A stretch of 64,000 nucleotides of DNA from an uncultured Acidobacteriota bacterium (GCA_963777605.1 CAVZRV010000007.1:480001-544000); one strand, 5' to 3'. Counted from the first letter of the stretch, positions 39,959 to 51,894 are shown. Notes: generated by a model from the sequence alone, not told the origin. Translations and numbers: made by a program.

Positions 39959-42408
39959 TGCGTAACCGGGCCAGACATGTAGTGATCGCCCTTGCCCTTC
40001 TCCTGGCCGGTGTCGTTCCGGCTTTCGGACAGGCATCGGGGATTGACGTTCTCCACCTGATGAAGACCGGGAAATGGAAGCAGGCCGAGGAGAGCCTGGG
40101 AATCCGGTCCAGCCGCCAGGCGGGAGAACGCCAGCCGCCACTCCAAGCCGGAGACATCCTGGCCCGGCGGCTGGGGATCGAGTTGCTGGAACGAAGAGGC
40201 AATCTTGAGGACGCTCGCGCAGTTGCCGAAGGCCTCCTGCAGCGCTATCGTGCAGGGGCGATCCAGGATCCTGCTCTCATGGGGCATGCCGCCTTCGCGG
40301 CCTGGCACCTTCAGAAGTGGGAGGAAGCGAACAAGATCTTCCTGCGGGCTTCCGAACTACCCGGCGCTGGTCAATCTCTCTACGTTGACTGGGGCAATCT
40401 CTACCTGGAGAAATTCAACCCTTCGGAAGCCCAGTCGATTTTCGAGGACGGCCTCAAGGTGGATCCGGCGGAGGAGCCTGGTCGCCGGTGGAACGTCTCC
40501 GATCTCTACCTTGGTCTGGCCCAGGCCCTCAAGGAACAGTCCGCGCCAGGTTCCGCCGAAGCTCTGTCGAAGGCGGAAGAGGCTGACCCGAAGAATCCCG
40601 AAATAGCCGTCTACAAGGCATACCTGGCACTCCAGGACGAGGATGCCGAAAAGGCCGGGGGAATCATAGAAGACGGTCTCTCGGCGGTGCCGGACCACCT
40701 CGGGCTGATGGAGATTTCGGCTGCGGCAGCCTACTTTTCAGAAGAAACCCGCATCTTCCAGAAAAAGCTGGAGGAGTTGGAGAAGATTAACCCACGTGAC
40801 GGCAAACTGTTCGAACTGCTTGGAGACCTCTGTGTCCTTCGGCGCAGACTGGACGACTCCGTGGCCAACTACTCCCGGGCTCTCGAACTCGAGCCCGACC
40901 GCTGGACGGCCCTGGCCTCGCGGGGGATCAACCGCCTCCGGATGGGCGAGGAGGAGTCCGGCGTCGCCGATCTGGAGCGCGCCTACGAAAACGACCCCTA
41001 CAACATCTGGACCGTCAACACGTTGCGTCTGGTCGACAGTTTCGCCAACTTCCGCCGCCTCGAGACCGACCACTTTTCGCTCAAGCTCAACGAAAAGGAA
41101 GCCGACGTTCTCGAACCGTACGTCGAGGACCTCTTGGAACGCAGCCTGTCCGCGCTCGAAACGCGCTTTGGGCACCAGGTCGATCACCGGGTGGTGTTCG
41201 AAATGTATCCGGACCACGAGGATTTCGCCGTCCGGACCCTGGGTCTTCCCGGCCTCGGTGCCTTGGGAGCCACCTTCGGCAGGGTCGTGGCGATGGACTC
41301 GCCGACCGCCCGTCCTAAAGGGGAGTTCCACTGGGGATCGACCCTCTGGCACGAAATGGCCCACGTTGTCACCCTGTCCCTGAGCCGGGATCGAGTTCCG
41401 CGATGGTTCACGGAAGGGCTCTCCATGATGGAGGAGCGACGGGGCGGACCCGGTTGGGGTGATCCCGTTTCGGTGCACTTCGTGCGGGCCTGGGAAGCAG
41501 GCAAACTACTCCCCATCGCCGATCTCAATCAGGGTTTCGTCCATCCGGACGGCCCCGAACAGATTACCAACAGCTACTTCCAGGCCGGCTGGATCTGTGA
41601 ACTGATGGAACACGACTTTGGGATGGACAAGATCCGTGCCATGCTCGAGGCCTACGGAACCGGGAAGACGGATGACGAGGTATTCAAGGAAGTTCTCGGC
41701 ATCACGACAGGAGAGATGGATCGGCGCTTCAATGAAGAACTGCAAACCCGCCTGGCTCCGCTCGCAGAAACGTTGAAGACCGAGAAGGTCCAGGACCAGA
41801 GCGAGGAAGGATTCCGGCAAGCCCTGGCACAGAACCCGGACAATTTCTTTTTGAATCTGGCGCTCGGATCCACGCTGGTCGACGAAGGCAAGCCCGGCGA
41901 GGGGGTCGAGTTTCTGGAGAAGGCCCGCACGGCTTTCCCCGACGCCGTCGAGGCAGGCGGACCCTACGATCTCCTCTCCAGGGCCTATTTGAAACTGGGT
42001 GACACGGCATCGGCCAGGCGCGTCCTGACCGAGTGGTGGAATCGCCATCCGGTCCTTGCCGATACGGCGCTCCAACTGGTCAAGCTGCTGCTGGCAAATC
42101 ACCAGGACGATGAGGCCCGCGAAGTGCTCGAGCAGGCCATGTACGCGGATCCCTTTACCGCCGAACTCCACGATGAACTCGGCAAGTTGTATTACGAGGA
42201 GGGCGCATATGCGAAGGCCGTCCGTGAATACAAGACGCTCTTGGCCCTGAACCCTCCCGACGAGGCCGGTGCCCGCTACCAACTCGCCCGCGCCTTCTAC
42301 GGTTCCGGATCGAGGGAACAGGCCCGGCTCCAGGTGTTGCTGGCCCTTGAGATCGCGCCGACTTTCGAGGACGCACAGAAACTGCTACTGGAGATTGCAC
42401 GAAAATGA
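39955..42408 (+). CDS. Exported TPR protein with central gluzincin (peptidase MA-like) domain
   Basis: Signal peptide; TPR-like repeats flanking LWHEMAHVV...VPRWFTEG. Confidence 0.85.
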   Translation: MMRNRARHVVIALALLLAGVVPAFGQASGIDVLHLMKTGKWKQAEESLGIRSSRQAGERQPPLQAGDILARRLGIELLERRGNLEDARAVAEGLLQRYRAGAIQDPALMGHAAFAAWHLQKWEEANKIFLRASELPGAGQSLYVDWGNLYLEKFNPSEAQSIFEDGLKVDPAEEPGRRWNVSDLYLGLAQALKEQSAPGSAEALSKAEEADPKNPEIAVYKAYLALQDEDAEKAGGIIEDGLSAVPDHLGLMEISAAAAYFSEETRIFQKKLEELEKINPRDGKLFELLGDLCVLRRRLDDSVANYSRALELEPDRWTALASRGINRLRMGEEESGVADLERAYENDPYNIWTVNTLRLVDSFANFRRLETDHFSLKLNEKEADVLEPYVEDLLERSLSALETRFGHQVDHRVVFEMYPDHEDFAVRTLGLPGLGALGATFGRVVAMDSPTARPKGEFHWGSTLWHEMAHVVTLSLSRDRVPRWFTEGLSMMEERRGGPGWGDPVSVHFVRAWEAGKLLPIADLNQGFVHPDGPEQITNSYFQAGWICELMEHDFGMDKIRAMLEAYGTGKTDDEVFKEVLGITTGEMDRRFNEELQTRLAPLAETLKTEKVQDQSEEGFRQALAQNPDNFFLNLALGSTLVDEGKPGEGVEFLEKARTAFPDAVEAGGPYDLLSRAYLKLGDTASARRVLTEWWNRHPVLADTALQLVKLLLANHQDDEAREVLEQAMYADPFTAELHDELGKLYYEEGAYAKAVREYKTLLALNPPDEAGARYQLARAFYGSGSREQARLQVLLALEIAPTFEDAQKLLLEIARK

Positions 42409-43154
42409 AGCCACGTCACTCCCTGCTGCTCATCCTGCTCTTCTGCTTGACCGCCGCTCCCCTATCGGGAGTGGACGCCACCGATCGACGTACCCAGATC
42501 GACGAAAACGTCTTCAACTTCGTCCGGATCCGCTACAACGGCTTCGGTGGTGTGGGCTTGTGGAACGCGGGGAACTGGACGCCGCCCTGGGCCCATGATT
42601 ACCCTCGGGCGGAGCGAAATTTCCTCAACATCCTGGCCGAAATGACCACCGTCGAAACAACTCCCGAGTCGTTTCTCATTCTCGACCTGGACGATCCCGA
42701 CATCATGAAGTTCCCGGTCCTGTACGTTAGCGAACCAGGTTACTGGAACTGCACCGACGCCGAAGTCAAGAATTTGAGAGAGTACTTGCAGCGGGGCGGC
42801 TTTGTCATCTTTGACGACTTTCGCGATGCTCCGGGTGAGTGGGACAGCTTTTCCACCTGCATGCAGCGGGTCTTCCCGGAGCGCAAGCTTGAAGTGCTCA
42901 CGCTCGACCACCCGGTGTTCCACTGCTTTTACGACATAGCCAACCTTGACCTGGAATCGCCTTACCCGGTCCCCGGCAAGCCGACTTTTTACGGCATGTC
43001 GGACGAGAACGGGCGGCTTCAGGTCGTCGCCAACTTCAACAACGACATCGGAGATTACTGGGAATGGTCGGATCAGAGTTTCACGCCGATCCAACTGTCG
43101 AATGAAGCATACAAGTTTGGAATCAACTACGTCCTCTATGCACTGACCCATTAG
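42405..43154 (+). CDS. DUF4159-domain exported protein
   Basis: FVRIRY, W..DYP.AE.N, LREYLQRGGF..FDDF, HPVFH and NDIGDYWE motifs. Confidence 0.88.
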   Translation: MKPRHSLLLILLFCLTAAPLSGVDATDRRTQIDENVFNFVRIRYNGFGGVGLWNAGNWTPPWAHDYPRAERNFLNILAEMTTVETTPESFLILDLDDPDIMKFPVLYVSEPGYWNCTDAEVKNLREYLQRGGFVIFDDFRDAPGEWDSFSTCMQRVFPERKLEVLTLDHPVFHCFYDIANLDLESPYPVPGKPTFYGMSDENGRLQVVANFNNDIGDYWEWSDQSFTPIQLSNEAYKFGINYVLYALTH

Positions 43155-43188
43155 GGCTGTTCCAAGCGGGCGTGCTCCGGAGAAACCA

Positions 43189-44214
<1,026 letters not shown>

Positions 44215-44235
44215 ATTCCTGATTAAAGAGTTGAT

Positions 44236-45138
44236 ATGCGACCAACAGCCCTCGCCAACCGCTTCATTGATCCGAAGATTCTGGCCAGCAGCAGCAACCT
44301 GCAGCTGATCGCCAAGAGTGTGGTTGAGGGCTTTCTGGCCGGTCTTCACCGCTCGCCCTACCACGGTTTCAGCCTCGAGTTTGCCGAGTACCGTGAATAT
44401 TCACCGGGCGACGACATCCGACGGGTGGACTGGAAGGTTTACGGGCGCAGCGACCGTTTCTACGTCAAGAAATACCAGGGAGACACCAACACCCAGGTGT
44501 ATATCCTGCTCGACTCGAGCCGCAGCATGACGTTTGCGTCCGAGGGTGTCTCCAAGATCGACTACGCTCGATTTCTGGCGGCCTCATTGGCCTACTTCTC
44601 GGTTCGGCAGAGTGATGCCGTCGGACTGCTCACTTTCGACCAGGAAATCCGCAGCTTCACACCGCCGCGCAGCCGGCACGGACACCTGATGAGAATTCTG
44701 CACACCCTGGAGACGATGGAATGCCAGGGGAGGACCCGAATCAGCGGGGTTCTTGCCGAACTCTCCCACCTGATCCGAAAGCGAAGTCTGGTGGTATTGA
44801 TCAGCGATTTCTATGAAGAGGTGGAGACGCTGGCCAAGGCACTTCGGTTCTTCCATCACCGCGGCAACGACGTCATGCTTTTCCACATCTTCGACCCGCT
44901 CGAACTCGATCTGCCCCTCGCCGGGACGTCAACGCTGGAAGATCTCGAAACCGGCCTGCAAATGCCTTTCTCGTCCGAGGATTCCCGGGAAGCCTACCTG
45001 TCGGAGGTCCGAAATCACATCCGTGCTCTCCGCCGGGAGTGCAGCAACACGCAGATCGATTACGAACTGATGAATACCGCTGAGCCACTCGACCAGGCCC
45101 TCTACCGTTACCTTTCGGCGAGGAGCAGGAGGATATAG
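44236..45138 (+). CDS. DUF58-domain (vWA-like) protein
   Basis: G.HRSP..GFSLEFAEYREY.PGDD.R.VDWK, LDSSRSM and ISDF motifs. Confidence 0.93.
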   Translation: MRPTALANRFIDPKILASSSNLQLIAKSVVEGFLAGLHRSPYHGFSLEFAEYREYSPGDDIRRVDWKVYGRSDRFYVKKYQGDTNTQVYILLDSSRSMTFASEGVSKIDYARFLAASLAYFSVRQSDAVGLLTFDQEIRSFTPPRSRHGHLMRILHTLETMECQGRTRISGVLAELSHLIRKRSLVVLISDFYEEVETLAKALRFFHHRGNDVMLFHIFDPLELDLPLAGTSTLEDLETGLQMPFSSEDSREAYLSEVRNHIRALRRECSNTQIDYELMNTAEPLDQALYRYLSARSRRI

Positions 45139-47202
45139 ATGCAGTTTCTCAATCCTCTCTTCTGGCTGGCGGCGGTTGCAGTCGGCGTGCCTTTGTTTCT
45201 CCACCTGACGCGGAAGGAGGTCCGTCGCCCGATTCCATTTGCCTCGTTGATGTTCCTGCGCCGGATACCGGTCCAGGAGTTTCGACGTCGCCGAATCCGT
45301 CACTGGCTCCTGCTCGCCCTTCGCTGCCTCATCCTGGTCGCCCTGGTGGCCGCTTTCACCCAACCCGTGATTGATCGGACGTTTCTTGCCGGGGTGCCGG
45401 GTCAGTCCCAGCAGTCGGTGGTCCTGCTGATCGATGATTCGCTGAGCATGTCCCGGCCCGGAGTGACCGAACGGGCACGCACTGCCATCACCGACGAGAT
45501 CGCCCGGCTTCCGGGCGAAAGTGAGGTCGCCCTGGTGCGGTTCGGCAGCCGGGCAGAGATCCTTCAGCCATGGACAAGGAATCTCCAGGAGATCCGAGCC
45601 CAGGTGCCGGTTGCCCTGGAACCATCTTACGATGGAACAACCTTCGCCGCGGGATTGCAGGCCGCTGCCCGCCTCTTCGACGACTCGGTCAACGACCACA
45701 AGCGGATCATCTTCGTGTCCGACCTGCAAGCGACTGGTCTTGACGCCGCCCTGGATGACGTCCAGATCCCACTCGGAGTGTCTGTAGAAATCCGCGATGT
45801 CGGTGAAGACTCCCGCAACCTCTTCGTCGAGGAGGTCCGGCTCGACCGCGACATTTTCTCTCAGGTGTATCCGCACTCCATCGTTGCTCGAGTTTCCTCC
45901 TCGGGAACGGACTCGACAACCGATGCCGAATTGCAGCTGTTTCTGGCCGATCGACTCGTTGAACGAAAGTCATTCTCGGTGGATCCAGGAGGATCGACGA
46001 CGGTCACCTTTTCCCCTTTTGAAGTCCCCGACGGCGTTGCACTTGGCAAGCTCAGTCTCGACGTCGGCGACGATCTTCCAGCAGACAACACCTGGTACTT
46101 CACGATTGAGAAAGCAACTCCCTTCGAGGTCGTGCTTCTCGATGATTCTCGTGAAGCCGACGATTCGCTCTTCTTTCGACAGGCAATGGCATCAGGTGAG
46201 AACCTCCCCTTCCAGGTCAAGCGCGTTCCGGTACTGCCCGACCTCGATCCCGCGAAGATGCCCGTCGTCGTACTCAGCGACCTGCCTTCACTTCCCGACG
46301 CTGCCCGGCTCGAACAATTCGTCTCGGCCGGGGGAGGGCTCATCGTCACCCTCGGGTCCGGCGTTCGGCCCGAAAACTATGCCGCCGCCGCATCCGATCT
46401 CCTGCCGGCGAAGCCGATTACGAAACACTATGGGATTGCGGGTGGAAGCCAGTTCGTGACCCTTGGAACGATCTCCGAACAGAACCCCATTTTCGAAGGT
46501 TTCAAACAGGCCGGGGCATCGGCTCTCTCGTCGGCGCAGTTCTACGGTTACTGGGACGTCGAGGCAAGTCCCGACAGCCAGATCCTCGCCTCGTTTACTT
46601 CCGGAAGCCCGGCGCTGCTGGAGCGCGACATTGGTCGCGGGAAGGTCCTGCTCTTCACATCTTCGCTGAACCGGGTCTGGTCGGACTTCCCTCTGCGCAG
46701 CTCCTACCTCCCCTTCTGGCAGGAAATGGTCCTTTACGGTTCCGGGTGGAGCAATCGTCCGGCCCAGGTCCACGTGGGAGAGGTATTCTCACCCTCGTCG
46801 TGGACCCTGCTCCGCAATGGACAGGAGGAGTCACGCTGGGATATCGTGGACCCAAATGGACGCCGGCTTCGGGCACTGGACACTGACGACTCCGATTTTG
46901 TCCTGCTGAACCTCCCCGGCTACTACCAGCTGCGCCGCGAGAAATCGACCAACTGGATTGCCGTCAACCCGGTCCCGGCGGAATCTCGCCTGAACCGGAT
47001 TGCGGCGGGAGAACTCGAGTCGGCGATCCGGAACGTTCAGGCAAGTCGCAATCGGGGATCAGTGGCCGATCGTGGTACGGCACCCGACCAGTATCCGGTC
47101 TGGTGGATTTTTCTCGTTCTGGCAATCCTGCTGGCGCTGGCGGAGGCTCACGTCGCGAATCGGGCGGGCGGCCTGATGACCGAGGGGCGGGGTTCGATTT
47201 AG
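45139..47202 (+). CDS. BatA-type N-terminal TM + vWA + GATase-like membrane protein
   Basis: MQFLNP...PLFLHL...F.SLMFL BatA domain, DDSLSM MIDAS, SDLQ and a C-terminal TM helix. Confidence 0.88.
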   Translation: MQFLNPLFWLAAVAVGVPLFLHLTRKEVRRPIPFASLMFLRRIPVQEFRRRRIRHWLLLALRCLILVALVAAFTQPVIDRTFLAGVPGQSQQSVVLLIDDSLSMSRPGVTERARTAITDEIARLPGESEVALVRFGSRAEILQPWTRNLQEIRAQVPVALEPSYDGTTFAAGLQAAARLFDDSVNDHKRIIFVSDLQATGLDAALDDVQIPLGVSVEIRDVGEDSRNLFVEEVRLDRDIFSQVYPHSIVARVSSSGTDSTTDAELQLFLADRLVERKSFSVDPGGSTTVTFSPFEVPDGVALGKLSLDVGDDLPADNTWYFTIEKATPFEVVLLDDSREADDSLFFRQAMASGENLPFQVKRVPVLPDLDPAKMPVVVLSDLPSLPDAARLEQFVSAGGGLIVTLGSGVRPENYAAAASDLLPAKPITKHYGIAGGSQFVTLGTISEQNPIFEGFKQAGASALSSAQFYGYWDVEASPDSQILASFTSGSPALLERDIGRGKVLLFTSSLNRVWSDFPLRSSYLPFWQEMVLYGSGWSNRPAQVHVGEVFSPSSWTLLRNGQEESRWDIVDPNGRRLRALDTDDSDFVLLNLPGYYQLRREKSTNWIAVNPVPAESRLNRIAAGELESAIRNVQASRNRGSVADRGTAPDQYPVWWIFLVLAILLALAEAHVANRAGGLMTEGRGSI

Positions 47203-47218
47203 GTAAGGAGACTGATTT

Positions 47219-50200
47219 ATGGTCCGACTCGACAGATTGCTCAAGAAAGCCCGGCGCACGATCCAGCGCGAGCGGCTGCTCAAAGGGGTGGCAATCCTCC
47301 TGGCCTATGTCCTCCTGGCCGTCGTGGTGTCCACCTGGATTCTCGCCTCAAGCAATTTCTCGTCGACAACGATCTCCTGGTGCCGAATCTGGTTCGGTGC
47401 GGGATTCCTGTTCCTGCTGTGGCGGTACATTCTCGACACGCTCTTGCGACCCCCGACGTCGCTTCGGATTGCCCGCTTCCTCGAAGAGCGCAATCCCCAA
47501 CTCCAGCAGCGGTTGACCACTGCTGTTGAGGTCGGCGAGCAGCCGACGCTGGTTCATCCCGACCTGGCCCGCCTGATTGAGGAAGATGCCTTTCGCCAGC
47601 TATCACGCCGCGAGCAACCAAGCTTCTACTGGCCTCGTTTCTCGATGGCGTCCGCCATCGTTGGACTGCTTTCGGTCCTCCTCACGACCGGACTTCTCTT
47701 CTGGGGCCCGATCGAATTCCGCTATGGGGTCGGCAAGCTGCTCGGCTCCTGGGTTGACGACACCAAAACGCCCCTTTATCAGATCCTGGTTCAGCCCGGC
47801 AATACCAAGGTCCCGGAGCGCTCGGACGTTGAAATCACTGCGGTCCCAAAAGGATTCCAGCCCGTTTCCGTCCAGGTGTTCGCCCTCTATCCGAACACTC
47901 CGAACTGGCAATCGACCCGGATGCTCCCGGCGGTTGACGGCACGGGCTACTCGTTTCTATTTTTCGACGTTCGGGAACCTGTCGAATACTACGTGGACGC
48001 CGATGGTATCCGCTCTGATACCTTCAAGATCGAAGTGGCCGACATCCCCCGCGTCGATCACGTCCGCATTTCGCTCGATTTCCCCAAGTACACGGGCCTT
48101 TCCAGGGTCGTGCTCGATGACGAATTCAGCATCCGGGCCCTGAAGGGCACACAGGCAACGATTCATGTTCACACCGATCAACCGGCCTCTGCGGGTTCCC
48201 TCCGGTTCGAGGAAGGCACCGAGGAGATTGCCCTCGAGAAACAGGGGCCCAATGATTTTGAAGCCTCCTTTCCGATCGATCACGACGACTACTTCCGCAT
48301 CTATCTGGAAAGCGGTGAAGGCATCGTGAACCCGGCATCGGACGAATTCAGCGTGGAAGCGATCGAAGATCAGCCCCCGGTGATTTCGTTCAACTACCCG
48401 GGACGGGATCGGCCGGTGACCAATATCGAGGAGGTCTATTCCGAGGTCAAGGCGGAGGACGACTTCGGGTTAAAGTCGGTGACCCTGAACTTCTCGGTCA
48501 ACGGTGGTGAAGACCAGTCGATCGAAGTCGGATCGCCTCGGGGAAGCAAGGAACTCACCGGATCCCACACCTTCTACCTCGAGGAATTCGGACTGCAGCC
48601 CGGCGATTTCGTCAGCTACTACGCCCGGGCCACCGATGCCGTCTCTTCCTCGACGACCGACATTTTCTTCCTCGAAGTGGAGAACTTCGACCGCGAGTTC
48701 CGGCAGTCCCAGATGAACATGGGAGGGGCCGCCGCCGGACAGAGGGGCCTGGAACTCTCCCGCCAGCAGAAGCAGATCGTGGTCGCCGCCTTCTCTCTGG
48801 TCGAGGACGGTCGCCCCACCAAAGAGGAAATGACCGAAGACAGCCAAACCCTGGCGTTGGTCCAGCAGCGGCTGCAGGCGCAGGCTCAGACCATCGTGGA
48901 CCGCCTCTCGCGGCGCAACGTGGCGGGCGCAGATCCGCGGTTCAAGACCATGAGCGAGTACATGCAGAAAGCGATCGAACACATGGCTCCGTCGCAAGTC
49001 GCGCTCAACGTCGTCGATCCGGAGGGAGCGCTTCCCGAAGCCAAGAAAGCTCTCCAGAACCTGCTGCGGGCAGAGAAGCTCTTTAATGACGTCCAGGTAT
49101 CCATGTCGAACGGCGCCGACAGCGGAGCCTCTCCCGAAGAGCTGGCCGATCTGGTTGACCTCGAACTCGATCGAACCAAGAACCAGTACGAGACCCTGCA
49201 GAAGAACCGCCAGGAGCAGAAAGACCAGCAACTGGACGAGGCTCTCGAGAAACTGAAGGAACTGGCCCGTCGCCAGCAGCAGGAGCTTGAACGGCAGGCC
49301 CGGCAGGCGTCCATGGGCCAGGGTGGAAGCCAGGCCTCGCAGCAGGACCTGATTGAAGAAATGGAACGCCTCTCCCGCGAACTGGCCAAACTCTCCCGGG
49401 ACAAGGCCAACGAGCAACTGTCCCGGATCAGCCGTGAATTGAGCCGGGCGGCACGTGACCTGCGGAACGCCCAGGCGTCAGGCAAGAACTCCAGCGAGTC
49501 CCTGGAGTCGGCACGCCAGGCCCTGGAACGGCTGAAGCAGGCCCAGGACCGCCTCTCGAGTCAGCGAAAGGGCGAGGTTGAGCAGGAAATGGCCGAACTC
49601 GCCAACCGCGCCGATAAGATGGTTCAGGACCAGGAAGAGGTTCTTCGCGACCTGCGCTCCCTCCCCGAGGCTCCCGAGAACCGTGAACCCTCCAGCGAGT
49701 TCTTCGAGGGGGTACGGGACCTCTACTGGAAGAAGCAGGGCCTGCAAAAGGACCTCCAGGAACTGGAAAGCCAGCTCCACCAGACCGCCCGTCGCCTCGA
49801 GGGCGATGAACCCGAGGCGGCCAGGCGGCTGAAGTCTGCCGCGTTGCAGATCCGGGATCAGCGCATTCCCGACAAGATGAGGGAAGGTTCGGAACTTCTC
49901 GCGGGAGGCCTGCTCCCCTTTGCCGAACGGCGCGAAAAGGATGTCTCCGAAGAGCTTCGCCAGCTGGCGGAGAAGGTCCAAGACGCCGGTGAGGGGCTGG
50001 GCGCCTCTCCGCAAGGACAGGAAGACCGCCTTCGCCAGGCCCTCGGTGAGGCCGGAAAGCTGGTGGAAAACCTGGAGTCGATGAAGCAGAAGCTTGAACA
50101 GGCCGCCCGGCAAGAGCAGGGTCAGTCGAGCGATTCCCAGGGACAGGATCAGGAAGGAAAGGCCGACCAGGGAACGCGTCCGGGAACCCGCCAGGGACCG

Positions 50201-50683
50201 GAAGGCAAGCCAGGTGAACAGGCTGAAAATCGTCCTTCCAGGGGCGAATCGCAGGAACAGCAACCCGGGCAGGGTTCCCAGGGAACCGCCCCGCGCAGGA
50301 CCGAGATGGCGGGGGGCTTCTCCTCCCAGGGGATCGACCCGGGAAACATCCGCCGGGAGTGGAATCAGCGTCTCGACGAAGCCAAGCAGGTTCGCCAGTC
50401 CTTGTCCGGAATCAATCCTGAACTGGGTCGGGAAGCTACTCGCCTGCTGCAACAGATGCTCCAGGCCGACCTCGAACGCATCCTGAGCGACCCCGGTGAA
50501 GTTGCCCGGCTCAAGTCATCGGTGATCGACGGCTTCCACGAACTCGAACTCCGGATCAGCCGCAATCTGGCGGATCAGAAAGACGAATTCCTCCGCCCCG
50601 TGAACGAGGACGAGGTCCCTCCAGAGTTCCGCGACCGCGTCGAGGAGTACTATCGCCGCCTCTCCAGCACCCGCCCAGAATAG
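47219..50683 (+). CDS. Large membrane-anchored Ig-like/coiled-coil protein (DUF4175-like)
   Basis: Three N-terminal TM helices, P.YTGL, D.PP, AEDDFGL, a long Gln/Glu coiled coil and the terminal VPPEFRDRVEEYYRRL motif. Confidence 0.82.
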   Translation: MVRLDRLLKKARRTIQRERLLKGVAILLAYVLLAVVVSTWILASSNFSSTTISWCRIWFGAGFLFLLWRYILDTLLRPPTSLRIARFLEERNPQLQQRLTTAVEVGEQPTLVHPDLARLIEEDAFRQLSRREQPSFYWPRFSMASAIVGLLSVLLTTGLLFWGPIEFRYGVGKLLGSWVDDTKTPLYQILVQPGNTKVPERSDVEITAVPKGFQPVSVQVFALYPNTPNWQSTRMLPAVDGTGYSFLFFDVREPVEYYVDADGIRSDTFKIEVADIPRVDHVRISLDFPKYTGLSRVVLDDEFSIRALKGTQATIHVHTDQPASAGSLRFEEGTEEIALEKQGPNDFEASFPIDHDDYFRIYLESGEGIVNPASDEFSVEAIEDQPPVISFNYPGRDRPVTNIEEVYSEVKAEDDFGLKSVTLNFSVNGGEDQSIEVGSPRGSKELTGSHTFYLEEFGLQPGDFVSYYARATDAVSSSTTDIFFLEVENFDREFRQSQMNMGGAAAGQRGLELSRQQKQIVVAAFSLVEDGRPTKEEMTEDSQTLALVQQRLQAQAQTIVDRLSRRNVAGADPRFKTMSEYMQKAIEHMAPSQVALNVVDPEGALPEAKKALQNLLRAEKLFNDVQVSMSNGADSGASPEELADLVDLELDRTKNQYETLQKNRQEQKDQQLDEALEKLKELARRQQQELERQARQASMGQGGSQASQQDLIEEMERLSRELAKLSRDKANEQLSRISRELSRAARDLRNAQASGKNSSESLESARQALERLKQAQDRLSSQRKGEVEQEMAELANRADKMVQDQEEVLRDLRSLPEAPENREPSSEFFEGVRDLYWKKQGLQKDLQELESQLHQTARRLEGDEPEAARRLKSAALQIRDQRIPDKMREGSELLAGGLLPFAERREKDVSEELRQLAEKVQDAGEGLGASPQGQEDRLRQALGEAGKLVENLESMKQKLEQAARQEQGQSSDSQGQDQEGKADQGTRPGTRQGPEGKPGEQAENRPSRGESQEQQPGQGSQGTAPRRTEMAGGFSSQGIDPGNIRREWNQRLDEAKQVRQSLSGINPELGREATRLLQQMLQADLERILSDPGEVARLKSSVIDGFHELELRISRNLADQKDEFLRPVNEDEVPPEFRDRVEEYYRRLSSTRPE

Positions 50684-50753
50684 GCCAAGCTTCCCAGCTT
50701 GTCGCAGGGTAGGACACGATTCCTGCGTGTCGCCGGGGCAATGATTGGGAAAA

Positions 50754-50836
50754 ATGGGACCATGGGACACAGGACCAATGGGACATGGGACCCAGTAATC
50801 CCCAGAAACCAGAAACCAGGAACCAGGAACCAGAAC
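50754..50836. repeat. Short tandem repeats: ATGGGAC x4 and CCAG(A/G)AA x5
   Basis: Directly visible in the intergenic region before tRNA-Leu. Confidence 0.8.
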
Positions 50837-50893
50837 CCCGAAGCCCTCCCATCTTGGATGGAACCCAAGAACTGAGTTATACTTTGCTCCCGC

Positions 50894-50979
50894 GCCGGAG
50901 TGGCGGAATTGGCAGACGCACCGGACTCAAAATCCGGCGGGCAGCGATGCTCGTGGGGGTTCAAGTCCCCCCTCCGGCA
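50894..50979 (+). tRNA. tRNA-Leu(CAA)
   Basis: Acceptor stem GCCGGAG/CTCCGGC, anticodon arm CCGGA-CTCAAAA-TCCGG, long variable arm and T loop TTCAAGT. TTGGAT-18-TATACT promoter at 50854-50883. Confidence 0.96.
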
Positions 50980-51139
50980 TTACGGCTTCGCCAAAGGTCC
51001 CGGGCTCCAACCGGATCCCAAGTCCCAAATCCGAATCTGTAACTGCAGATGAAAATATCCGCCTGAACTGGGGTCTCGTTCCGAATTCGATATCCTCGAG
51101 AGATGAATCGGTACAGTTGATAGGAGCGAAGAGGAAGTC

Positions 51140-51386
51140 ATGAGGCACGGGTCATCGGCACTCGGTCTTGCGTGTTTCCTGTTGGCTGCAGCCTCCGGAT
51201 GCGCTCTGCTTGAGCTCAGATCAATTGGTAAACTCCCGCATCCCGAAATTGCCAATTCAGGCACGGAAAGATCTGGATCTGATGATTGGATATGAGTTGG
51301 TCGACCCTGCAATAGAGAGCTTCCGGGCCAGGGTTGACGTGACGTTCCAATCCATTGAGTTAGGATCTGGTCAACAATTGCATTGA
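51140..51386 (+). pseudogene. Fragment of a lipoprotein gene
   Basis: GAGGA RBS and MRHGSSALGLACFLLAAASG-C lipobox. The frame stops at 51295; an overlapping frame continues to 51386. Confidence 0.35.
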
Positions 51387-51472
51387 CGAAAGTACTCTGG
51401 CTTTCTCGGCGCCAAAGGATTTGGCTGAATTGACGAGTGCCCACGGAATTGAAACTTGGGAGGGCGACCTTG

Positions 51473-51805
51473 ATGAAGTATCACCACCTCGGGATCCCGA
51501 CGACGACAGTACAATCCAGTGAAACCTACCTGGCTGAATTCAAGGTTTACTGTACGGATCATGATTGTAACCCGTTTGGGATCCAATGGATGCGGTTCGA
51601 GGCCGACAGTCCTCTACCCGAGCTCGTGAAGACAGTGCCTCATGTTGCATTCGAAGTAGACGACCTCGCATCGGCATTGGCGGGCCATGAAATCCTCATC
51701 GAGCCCAACAGCCCGTCCGAGGGAGTTCTGGTAGCGTTCATTGTCGAGGACGGGGCGCCGGTCGAATTCCTGCAGTTCCTCGATGATCCCACTTCCCAAG
51801 GTTAG
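51473..51805 (+). CDS. VOC/glyoxalase-like small protein
   Basis: GGGAGG RBS; YHHLGIP, PHVAFEVDDL and G..VAFI...GAPVEF motifs. Confidence 0.8.
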   Translation: MKYHHLGIPTTTVQSSETYLAEFKVYCTDHDCNPFGIQWMRFEADSPLPELVKTVPHVAFEVDDLASALAGHEILIEPNSPSEGVLVAFIVEDGAPVEFLQFLDDPTSQG

Positions 51806-51894
51806 GGCACGAGGGCACGATTTACCTGTACCCATCCCAGAGACTGATTTCCAGGATTCATGCCGCTTTCAGGGTTCCGACCCCCTGTTCGAAT

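Noticed and set aside
50754-50836. Repeats considered as a CRISPR array
   Set aside because: The units are 7-8 nt with no unique spacers, and no cas genes are present.
51800-51810. GTTAGGG at the end of the VOC gene as an attC R' site
   Set aside because: No upstream RYYYAAC or palindrome; it simply contains the stop codon.
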